DNA from: Octopus sinensis | Taxonomy: Eukaryota | Length of the DNA stretch: 64,000 nucleotides | NCBI RefSeq assembly: GCF_006345805.1 | Contig: NC_043020.1 | Span: forward strand, 2,418,001 to 2,482,000 | Reading direction: 5' to 3' | Part shown: positions 52,561 to 64,000 of the stretch, piece by piece | Numbering within the stretch: the stretch's first letter is position 1 | Layout: each line of letters begins with the position of its first letter | Notes under the pieces: generated by a model | What the model was told of the DNA's origin: nothing | Databases searched by the model: none | What the model saw: the letters and a program-made list of their open reading frames with translations, nothing else | Translations under genes and position numbers: made by a program

Positions 52561-52600
<40 letters not shown>
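52043..52600. repeat. ~550-bp almost pure A/T tract [(TA)n/(TAAA)]
   Basis: Only a few isolated C residues. Confidence 0.95.
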
Positions 52601-52602
<2 letters not shown>

Positions 52603-52743
52603 AACCTTCTAAGGGATAAGATTATCTGGTTTACTACTGGTATAAATTACCTATGTCAACCTTGGACATACATAAGTAGCATATTATGCTCATAGGATAC
52701 AGGCAACAGCAAAAATAAACAAGAGTTTATCAGGAATCAATTT

Positions 52744-52845
52744 TAAAGTAAACAGGAAATGGAGAAATTCTTGATCACAACAACTGACTACCAAATCAAT
52801 GATAGCCAATTGTTGTTGATCGAGAATTTCTCCATTTTCTGCTTA

Positions 52846-52850
<5 letters not shown>
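52744..52850 (+). other. Long hairpin (~44-bp stem)
   Basis: caggaaatggagaaattcttgatcacaacaa pairs with ttgttgttgatcgagaatttctccattttctg, and the flanks also pair. Confidence 0.7.
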
Positions 52851-52881
<31 letters not shown>

Positions 52882-52914
52882 TATATATTATATATAATAT
52901 ATATATAGAGAATT

Positions 52915-53095
52915 ACAAAAACAAAAAACAAAAGACGAAGACAGGTGGTGTACAAAACAAACAGATGTATTAGTATAATGCTCAGAGATAGAAAAGGTAT
53001 TTTACGTTTCGAGCCTACGCTCTTCTACAGAAAGGGACACAGAGAAAACAAGGAGAGAAAAAATGTGTGTAGTGGCTAATGATCTATCATGGCGA
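52915..53095 (-). mobile_element. Short dispersed repeat F2, second copy
   Basis: Homologous to 13508-13703. Confidence 0.65.
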
Positions 53096-53110
53096 TGATG
53101 TTATATATAT

Positions 53111-53146
<36 letters not shown>

Positions 53147-53170
53147 CTATATGATATATATATGTATATG

Positions 53171-53235
<65 letters not shown>

Positions 53236-55763
53236 TACATACTGACCCTGCTAGCTCAGCAAAATTTGCAATCAAAGCGATAATGGTTAGTGGTAGTGTA
53301 GGTGACAGCGCAGGTGGTATACAATCTGGTAGTGGAACAGGTAGTTGAGGCAGGTAGTTGTAGTTATGATGATGGTGATAATGGTAGTGGCAGCGGCTAT
53401 GGTAGTGGTGGTAGAAATTTTGATGATGATGAGGAGGAGGAGGATAGCACATCAAGCACATGACCATACACACACGTTACACACAATCACTGCACAAAAC
53501 ATACATATTGACTGAGACACACACACACGCACACATATATATACACATATATACACACACACATATAGATACACACACATATATATATCCACACATGCAT
53601 ACATATACACACACATATGCATACACACACACACACATAGAGAACAGTACACTGTCACTCGCCATACACCTCTGCCAACAACACTACCAACAGCTGTAGC
53701 AGTAGTAAACCACACCACCACCACCACCACCAGTAATCCAAATCCCGGGTCATCTCTCAGATTGTAGTAAAAGGGGACACATTAAGACAGGGATTAAGTA
53801 ATAAAGGAAGCGGGATTATTCGGGACATGTCTGGACTTCTAAAAGTGGTGGGGGGGGCAGCGGTGGTGGTGGTGGTGGTGGCAGCAGCACCAGCAGCAGT
53901 GGTTTTGATGGTAGTGATGATGTTGATGCTGATTGCTATAGTGACAGTGGTGGTGGTGGTGGTGGTGGTGGTGATGGTGATGATGGTGGTGATGATGACA
54001 GCAGAATGGTGGTGGAGGTGGTTTTTGTGGAGGCAGTGATAGGCATGATGATGATGATGATTGGTGCTGTTATTGCAGGTGGTGATGGTGGTGGTGACAG
54101 GTGTGATGGTTGGCAGTGGGGGCGGTGTTGATGGTGGTGGTCATCATCATTGAGATTATGGAAGTAGCGGTGATTGTCTTTGGTGCTGCTGATGGCCATG
54201 GTGACAGCGGCTACAATAATTTTGCGGTCACTACACTTCGGCATGAACAACTCACACCCTCCCACCACCACTACCACCACCACCACCAACAAGATTTTGC
54301 CCACAACAAGCACAACAACATGAATAATAACATGAATATTAGGCACAGAAGTGGCTGTGTGGTAAGTGGCTTGTTTACCAACCACATGGTCCCGGGTTCA
54401 GTCCCACTGCGTGGCACCTTGGGCAAGTGTCTTCTACTATAACCTAGGGCTAACCAACCCACATGCACACACACCCTAACCCCACACCCACCCTCATTGG
54501 ATTCGTTTGGAACTTCCAATAACAAACCAACCAACTCAAATTCGAAACCTTAATCCAATCTCAATTTATCTGAGTCTCTGTCTCTTATTATTACCATCAT
54601 CATCATCATCCTTTAACATCTGCTTTCCATACTGGCATGAATTGGAGGGTTTGTCTGTTGAGGTATGGCTTCTATGGCTGGATGCCCTTCCTAATGCCAA
54701 CCACTTAACAAAGTGTGCTGGGTGCTAATTACATGCCACCAGCACAGGAGCATTTACACAGCAGAGGCACACATGTTTTCATGTGGCACCTGACAGAACA
54801 AGGCTCTACATGTGAAAGACACTGATTTTACTTATCATGACGCATCTAAGTAAAATATATACACACTCACACATATATATATATATATATGATGTGATTA
54901 TACACATATGTACATATATATAAGCATATATAACTTGCATACATGTGTATAATATATATCGTTGTTTAAGAAAAATGTCCATTTCCTTGGTTTTGTGTTT
55001 ATGTTTTCATTTCTCATTGTGTTCGACGTTTTTTTTAGTGCCCTGTACCCATATATGCATGTATATATACATGTAGATGTAGGTACATACATATATGTAT
55101 GTATATATGCATATGTTTTATTTATTAATTTGTTAGTATATATATATATATACACCAAGCCTGCTTGCTTAGCCAGCGAGGTGGTGTTATTTGAAGGCTA
55201 AAACAATGTGAAGCACATTGTGATCAGCGATGTGTACCAACATCTGATAGCCTTGTCGGTCACGGTGATCATGGTGATATATATACACCTATATACATAC
55301 ATACTTGTATACACATGTGCACTGATGCACACACATGTGCAAACAAACAAAAAGAACATACCTTCGATAATGGAAAAAGGTTGCAAGAAGCAACAAAAAT
55401 TTTAGAGAAAAATAAATAAGTAAATGAGTGGAAATCAAACCAGTGAGTGTGTTAATAAGGCATTTAAACAGAATGACCCACCCCAGACATAATAATATAT
55501 ATACACACACACACAATTTCATATGCATCATGCACGAGGATACATGTAAGTGTGTATATATATATATGCGTGTGTATATATATATGTGCATAAATGTGCA
55601 TGTGTGTGTGTATGTGCAGCTGCACATATTTTGCATTTGCACAAATACACACACGCATAATAACACTACTCATATCGCTATGCACAACAGATTTGCATCT
55701 ATATCTGTAGATATACATTATTCATACTTATAAATGTTTGTACACTTATGTTTGCAAATGTGC

Positions 55764-55798
<35 letters not shown>

Positions 55799-56413
55799 TT
55801 TGTGAGTGTCTGTGTATGTGTAGGAGTTATGTTCTGAAACATATCTTAGAGCTTCCGGAGATTTCTGAAGATATTCCTTTGTTCATTTCCATATTTCTTG
55901 TGGCACCACCTTTATATAAATTGGCACTTCATGAACAACCGTATTCTCACTATCTTTCCTTTGTTGTCTTTATTATATCTACATATACATGTATGTGTGT
56001 ATATGAGCATATATATATATATATATATATACCTGATTTCCTATCTAATAGTGTGTTTATTATGTATGCATGTGTGTGTGTATTTTTGCGTATATGGATA
56101 CATCTATATGGATAGATAATTCCATAGGCATATCTGAGCAGATATACATTTATATATGCATATTCAATTATATATATATATATATTATATATATATATAT
56201 ATACACATACACACATATATATATATATATACATATACTCATATATATACATACAGAGACACATATATATGTATACACACATGTATGATTACCTGCTTTC
56301 ATATGTAAATACATGAATCTATGCATATACGTGTGTATACAGGTATATAATTTCATACGCGTATGTGTGTGTGTGGATACATGTGTGTGTATGTATATGT
56401 ATGTCTATATATA

Positions 56414-56446
<33 letters not shown>

Positions 56447-56650
56447 GTATGTAGGGAAAGAGAGAGAGAGGGTGTTGGATATAGTTTGAAAGGTAGATAG
56501 AAATATATATTTATGTAAGTTTATATTTATTTGTATACCAGTATGGTATACGCATAGATATATTTATGCAGATATATATATAGACAGAAAGGTTGATATA
56601 GTCATACTTATGTATATTTATATCTCTACACATAGCACACGAATGTAGAT

Positions 56651-56698
<48 letters not shown>

Positions 56699-57915
56699 TA
56701 TATGCAGATATATATATATATATATAGATAGGAAGATTGATACAGATATATATATTAATCAAAAACCAAACTGAAAGTAGTTAGAAGCAGATGATGGGGG
56801 GTGGGGGTGATGAAAGTGGCAAGAAATTTCAATTTCGGATTATGTTTTTGTTTTTTTCTTTTTTTGTAATTCTTTTTTTTTTTGACTTTTTATTGTTTTT
56901 AAAATATTTTTCTCAAGAAACGTATTTCTATCTTTCCATTCAAAGGGAAAAGAAAAGCTTTTTAAAATTTTGACAGTATTTCAATATATTATGTGTAATA
57001 ATGTGTTTGGATACCATCAGTAGTGTGTGTGTGTGGGTGTGTGTGTGTGTAAGTGTGTGTATGTGTGTGTGTGAGTGTGTTTGTATAAGTGTGTGTTTAT
57101 AAGTGCGTGTGTGTGTGTGAGTGTGAGTAAGTGCATGTGTGTGTAAGTGTGTGTGTGTGTGAGTGTGTGTGTGTAAGTGTGTGTGTGTGTGTGTGTGTGT
57201 GTGTCAACGTTTGTGTCTATGTATGTATGTATGTACATAAATGTGTATAAGTGTGTGAGTGTATGTCTGTGTGCGTATGCATGTATATATGTCTGTACAT
57301 GTATTTATAAATGTATATAACAGCGTGTGTGTGTGTATAGTGTATATATGTATGTATGCATGGATAGATGTGTGTGTTTATGTGTATGTCCATAAGCAAG
57401 TCTATATGTATGCGTGTTTGTATGTGTGCATATGTATGCATTTGCTTTAATGTCTGTATGTACGTGTATGCATACATATGTATTTATGTATGTGTGTATG
57501 GATGTGTGTGTGTGTGTCTGTATGTGTATGACCATGTCTGTATAAATATATATATATCTGTGTGTGCATATGTATGCATGTGAGTCAATGTGTTTGAATG
57601 TATGTGTGGATGTGTATATGTAGGTATATGTGTATGTGTATACATGCACATACCTATGTATGGATGTCTGTCACTGCAAATGTATGTGCATAAACATGCC
57701 TGTGTGCACATACATACGTATGCTCGTACACAGAGCAGTTTTGTAAATGTGTGCGTATATATGCATGTGTGTGAATGTACATGTATGCCTCCATGTTTGT
57801 GTTGTTCACGCATCTATATGTATGCATAAGGAATGCATGGACACACACACAAATATACATGTGCATTTTTGTTTTGTATAAATACATATATAAAGATGTA
57901 TGTATGTATAATGTA

Positions 57916-57948
<33 letters not shown>

Positions 57949-58171
57949 GTATGTATATATGTATGCATGTACATACAACGTATATATATGTATATATGCA
58001 TGTATATACAATGTATATATATATATATGTATATATGCACGTATGTATGATGTATATATATATGTATATATGTATGTATCTATGTAGAAATATATAAATA
58101 TATATATTTGTAAATATATATATATAACTATATGTATATGTGTGTATGTATACATATATATATGTATGTTT

Positions 58172-58218
<47 letters not shown>

Positions 58219-58454
58219 TACACACACACATACATACATGTGTGTATATAATAAACATTTCATTACTGGTTCCATCCAGATAACTGCGACCCTGCTCGGG
58301 TATTGACATATTTATTGACATCTCATAAACACACACACACACACAGAGTATTTATTTATGACCTGGTACAAAATCATAAAAGGGTTCAATACAATATTAT
58401 GTTACGTTATATTGGGAAGCATGCAGAGTCTTAGATTCTTTTATTCTTCAGTTC

Positions 58455-58745
58455 CTTTACTTGTTTCAGTCATTTTTAGCCGAACAAATCAACCCCTGTA
58501 CTTACATTAAGCCTCATAATTATTCCATCGGTTTCTTTTGCGGAAGTGCTAAGTTATGGGGATGTAAACAAACCAACACCAGTTGTCAAGTGGGGGGGAT
58601 GAACACACACACACATGCTCCAACATTGGTTGCCAAGCGATGGTGGGGAGTACAAACACAGATGCAAAAATACATACAAATATATAGCTATATCTATATA
58701 TATACGATGGGCTTCTTTCAGTTTCCATCGTACACATCCACTCAC
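58455..58745 (-). mobile_element. SINE family A, degenerate
   Basis: Tail and body are recognisable, with a short internal duplication. Confidence 0.7.
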
Positions 58746-58789
58746 AATGTGGTTGGGAAGTAAGCTAGCTAAGGCAATTGGAATGATTA

Positions 58790-59120
58790 CATCAATACTG
58801 TCTGAGAAAAATTTGGGAGATAAACCGGGAAATGGCCATTAGAAATGGGGAGGTGCTTGAGAGGATTGGCAGTAGAAGTATAGAGTCAATGATTTTGCAA
58901 AGACGTTTGAGGTGGTGAGGGGGGGGGACATTTGGTAAAGACGAGTGATGAGCGACAGCCCAAGCAGCTATTGTATGGTGAGCTGGAAGATGGCAGGAGA
59001 CCAGCGCATAAGCCTAAACTACAGTTTAAGGATTGCCTTAAAAATGCTGTAATACAGACAAGAATCACAGCTGGTAATTGGGAGAGGGAGGCACAAGACC
59101 GTGATGGATGGAGGAAGGGT
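58790..59120 (+). mobile_element. RTE-clade (BovB-like) LINE C-terminal remnant
   Basis: EVLERIGSRSIESMILQRRLRW...DERQPKQLLYGELEDGRRPAHKPKLQFKDCLK...WEREAQDRDGWRK. Confidence 0.85.
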
Positions 59121-59765
59121 TCCAGTTGAGCCGATCAATGGAACAGCTTACTCATGAAATTAATGTGCAAGTGGCCGAGTACTCCACAGACATGCATACC
59201 CTTAACATAGTTCTCAAGGCATTCCATTGGTTATGATGATGAGGGTTCCAGTTGATCTGACCAATAAAACAGCCTGCTCATGAAATTAATTTGCAAGTGG
59301 CCGAGTACTCCACAGACATGCGTACCCTTAACATAGTTCTCAAGGCATTCCATTGGTTATGATGATGAGGGTCCCAGTTGATCCGACTAATGGAACAGTC
59401 TGCTCATGGAATTTATGTGCAAGTGGCCGAGTACTCCACAGACATGTGTACCCTTAACATAGTTCTCAAGGCATTCCATTGGTTATGATGATGAGGGCTC
59501 CATTTGATCCAATCAATGGAACAGTCTGCTCATGAAATTAACGTGCAAGTGGCTGAGCACTCCACAGACACACATACACTTAATGTAGCTCTCAGGCAGA
59601 TTCAGCATGACACAGAATGTAACAAGGATGGGTTCTTTCAAATACGGGTACAACTCATTCTTATCAGCTGACTGTACTGGAGCAATAAAATGCCTTGCTC
59701 AAGAGAACAACGCACCACCAGGAATTGAACTCAGAGCCTTACGATTGTAAGCCAAATGCCTTCAG
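59115..59765 (-). repeat. Four 126-bp tandem units of a SINE 3' body (family E) attached to one SINE head
   Basis: The gag(t/c)actccacagac anchor recurs at 59177, 59303, 59429 and 59555. A head-side segment shared with family C and a B-box-like ggaattgaactc lie at 59640-59765. Confidence 0.85.
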
Positions 59766-60397
59766 TGGATTCCTCATTTACAGCCAAGAGGACTGGAGCG
59801 ACATGAAATGGAATGTTGAATTCAAGAATACAGACGTGCCACCCAATCTGGGTCTCAAAACCATGATCTTGCAATCACGACTGCAAAACAAACCCCAACC
59901 ATTTTACCATGTGGCTACACCAACCAAATGTGCAGGGATGGAACTGAAGCTAGTTGGCACTGTGGGGAGAAAGGACTGGGCCAGTAGCAAGTAAGGAGCG
60001 TGAGTAGTAGGAGAAAAATAGGGGACACATGGGATAGGGGAAGGAAGGGCAAGAAGCAGAAAGGGCTCTGGCTGTGGGCCAACAGTGGGAGTGTTTGTGA
60101 GTGACTTCATGCCAAACAGTCATGTGGCCTTTTTCTGTTATACATGTTATACATACAGTCTTCTAATGTAACACATATCTGTATGTGCACACACACATGT
60201 ATATATATGAGCATACACGGATGGACAGATACACAAATATGACACACATAAATGAACACACATATATATATACACGCTTATATACACTATCATTTAGACA
60301 GCTACACATGCACACACACACACCAGTGAGCCTAAATACACAACTGAACCCACAAACCCACTTATACACATAAGTTTACATTATATATATATATATA

Positions 60398-60484
60398 ATC
60401 AAAATAAGCAACAAGGATATCCAAGGTAGTGTAGTACAATCGTTTCATGCTACTTCATTTTATATCCTTGTTGCTTATTTTGAT
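60398..60484. repeat. Perfect 23-bp inverted repeat around a 41-nt spacer
   Basis: atcaaaataagcaacaaggatat (60398-60420) and atatccttgttgcttattttgat (60462-60484). The left arm plus spacer recurs without the right arm at about 22616-22675. Confidence 0.85.
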
Positions 60485-60589
60485 TATAATCATCCCATTT
60501 GATTTATATGGATAATACCATACAAAATTCTGGTGCCTTTAACTTAAGTACAATATTCATCTGAATCTATACATATATACATGCAGATA

Positions 60590-60697
<108 letters not shown>

Positions 60698-60749
60698 TTT
60701 ATTTAAAGCAGCAGAAATAGAAATGTTTCATATTTATGTGTTTACTCCG

Positions 60750-60787
<38 letters not shown>

Positions 60788-61408
60788 ATTATGTATGTAT
60801 TTATACGTACATATAGCTACTTGACCCATCATGCAATTTTTTTCTTATCTTTCCCAAATAAATAACTACCTTATGTCTCAAAGCTCAATGAACGTTTATT
60901 ACAGTCATCCCCTATTCCCCCCAACACACACACGCCACCACCACCACCATTTACCCATTTACACAAATCCTAATTTAAATTTTACAATAATTGAACTGCC
61001 TATTGGCTATTTCCAATAACTTATAAATGGTTTTATTTCCATACTGTCTTTTTCTTATTGAACTTCACACCTACTCTTTAAATAGTTCCTTACTAAAACA
61101 AACCCAATCATTATTTATGGAGAAATTTCTTTTCTTTTTTCCCCCTATTCATCACAAATTTATTTTTATGTGTGTATGTCATGTCTTTTGTTATAGTTTT
61201 TTTCTGTAATTATTGATTTGCTGGCTTTTGTGTTTCGGCAACGACTCCAGAATATATACAACACATACACACATCACAAATCCAATATAACAAAATTAAT
61301 ATCTAACACCTATATAACACCTAATATACATATATATATATATATATATTATCATGTGTACTTAAATCTCTTTCACATTTCTGTGATGACTTTTAGTAGC
61401 TGAAACAT

Positions 61409-61442
<34 letters not shown>

Positions 61443-61446
61443 CATA

Positions 61447-61750
61447 CTAGCAGTATCACCCGGCATTGCTCGGGTTTGTAAGGGAAATGACTATATGAGC
61501 ATTTTTAGAGAGTTACTTCACTTATATAAACCGAGCGAAAATGAATTAAAAATGCGGAAAAATTATGGTAATTTTTTTTTTAAATCGTAGACTCATTGTA
61601 GACGCGTGCTAATACCCAGAAGGGCTCGATATGAATCACGACTATAAGATACTCGCTTTTGGTTAAACTGCACCGCAAAATGTGGGAGTAGTTAGGAATC
61701 TAAATCGGAGTAGACAGACACACACACAACTACATTTTTATATATAAAGA
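61447..61750 (-). mobile_element. Non-autonomous Helitron with both termini
   Basis: Minus strand reads A|TCtttatatataaa ... CCCGagcaatgcCGGGtgatactgCTAG|T, which is the canonical TC/CTAG ends, subterminal hairpin and insertion between A and T. Confidence 0.85.
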
Positions 61751-62028
61751 TATATAGATATATATATAGTAATGATGAAAATTTTTGGGATAGAACTGTA
61801 TATATTTTATTAATGCATAGCTACATATGTTTCTGCATAACAGATGTTTGTTTGAGACCATATCTTAACATGCAGAGTTCTGGCATACATAACTATCCCA
61901 TAAGATTACTCTGGAAGATGGGAATAAAAGCAGAAGCCAACAACAAGCAGCAGAGGAGCTTTTATGAGAACACTCAGAGGCATTTACCCTTTACAAATTG
62001 AAAGGATACATAGATATTTATGTACACA

Positions 62029-62073
<45 letters not shown>

Positions 62074-62099
62074 CACACACACACACACACACACTGGAT

Positions 62100-62275
62100 C
62101 GGTAGCCACTATACACATTTCGTTTTTCTCCTTGTTTCCTTCTGTGTCCCTTTCTGTGGAAGAGCATAGGCTCAAAATGTAAAAGACTTTTTCAATTCCT
62201 GAGCGTTATACTAATACATCTGTTTGTTTTCTACACCACCTGTCTTCGTCTTTTGTTGTTTTTTTCATGAACTCC
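62100..62275 (+). mobile_element. Short dispersed repeat F2, third copy
   Basis: Homologous to 13508-13703 and 52915-53095. Confidence 0.65.
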
Positions 62276-64000
62276 CCCTATATATATACATATACACACA
62301 CACACACTCACACACATGTATAATTTATCATGGATACTAAATCTCTTTTACATTTCTCTGAAGACGACTGTTAGAAAAATTTTAGTTAGAGAAACCTGTT
62401 ATATTCTGCATTTCATAAGTTTTGAATTAAAATCTTCCACCAAGCCTTAGTCACAATTTATGTTCCAAACACAAGCTTAATGATAACTAAGTTATTTTAC
62501 AAAATTCTTTGTTATATTTAAAATGATTGAAAGAAACACAGAGCATCTCAAAATAAATACAGTAACGAAAGGGTTAAACAATAAGCAATTATTTGACATC
62601 TAAATTTTGAGGAGTTATTTTTGATTGACGTTAGGTTTGATGGGATATATAATCCAAAAAGGAGGTGGAAATTCAAAAAAGTTTAGGAAACACTGATATG
62701 GCTTAGCTGGACAAAACTTCAAAGTCACTATCAACAACATTCTTGTATGATAATAAATTTATACTCTACGAAAGTATAGAGTAACCCATCAGATCAATGT
62801 AAAATTGTTTTTATCATAACTCAACATAAAAACAAATGTTAATATAAAATACTCAGGCACTTACTGCGAAGATGTATACAGGAGGTCACTTGAAGACTGT
62901 TGTTTCCTTGAGATTGAATGTTTTGCATGGAAGTAATTCTGTAAAAAATATTAAAGAAATATTGAGTGATATACCATCATCATCATCATCGTTTAACATC
63001 CGCTTTCCATGCTAGCATGGGTTGGACGAATGACTGAGAGCTGGCAAACTAGATGGCTGCACCAGGCTTCAACCTTGATCTGGCAGAGTTTCTACAGCTG
63101 GATGCCTTTCCTAATGCCATATAAACTGAAATTATTACAAGAAATGCAATGAAAGTGAGCCCTGTCCAACTCACTCCTTCCCCAAGACAAATTCTGGAGA
63201 CAGGCCAGAGAAACGAATCCAAAATATCAAAGCTCGCTGCCTTACCATATTTAATAATTATTTACAGCTTAGATTGGATAGGTCATTATGCAATCCAAGG
63301 TACAGCCCATCCAAAGTACCTTGCAGTGCAGAACGACCTGTTGTGCTTACCTTGGATCGTAGGGTGACCTGCTGTGCTTGAGGAGACCTATTGAGTCAAG
63401 TACGTCAACATCAACATCAAAATAGATATCAAATGGAAATTGTAGTTGTGATACCTGTGCCGGTGGCACGTAAAAAGTATCATCGGAAAGGGGCCGCTGC
63501 CTCATCCAGCTGTAGAAACACTGCCAGATCAGACTGGAGCCTGGTGCAGCCTCCTGGCTTCCCAGACCCTGGTTGAACCGTCCAACCCGTGCAAGCACGG
63601 AAAACAGATATTAAACAATGATGATACAAGTCCAGCAATTCTGAAAAGACGGTTTATCAATGGAGGGTTCCAGTACTTGATTAGTACTTTATTTAATCAA
63701 CCCCAAAAGGATGAATGACCAAATGCACGAGTCTCCCATATTCAAATGGTTCAAAAGTGTTAGCAAAAGGGCACCCAGATGTCAAAACCTGGGTGCAGCC
63801 TTTTCCCCTCAGAGTATAAGAAGTTAAGGGCCGAGACACTTACTTAAGGAAGGTTTCTTTTCCAAAGACTTTTTACAGTTCAGCTTGAAAGTTTCTTACC
63901 CCTACATTACACATTAGATAATGTAGTCCTAGATACACTATGTCTGAATGAAAGAGGAGTTGGTCACAAATGAAATCTCCAAGCAGTTTAAATGCCCCCT

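Overview
This is an AT-rich eukaryotic non-coding window, most likely from an Octopus genome (inferred from repeat families I recognise, not from a database search). It is dominated by microsatellites [(TA)n, (CA)n, (GA)n, (TACA)n, (CAT)n, (GGT)n], dozens of tRNA-derived SINE copies from about five families, and decayed fragments of RTE, CR1, Penelope-like, Tc1/mariner, piggyBac-like and Helitron elements. There is one 100-N assembly gap at 45317-45416. Nearly all ORFs in the supplied track are translations of simple repeats. The only host-gene signal I can support is a probable first coding exon at 2018-2097 (unidentified product), so most of the window may be intronic. The main finding is a complete type I hammerhead ribozyme fold at 30376-30438 (+), inside a CpG-rich, structured ~260-bp cassette about 0.6 kb downstream of a decayed Penelope-like element. 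The window also holds at least six minimal or variant hammerhead-like motifs in three short dispersed repeat types. Other notable items are two SINE-derived tandem arrays, a SINE/LINE pair sharing a 3' tail, a Helitron set and several long hairpins. All folds and protein similarities were read by eye and need computational and experimental confirmation.
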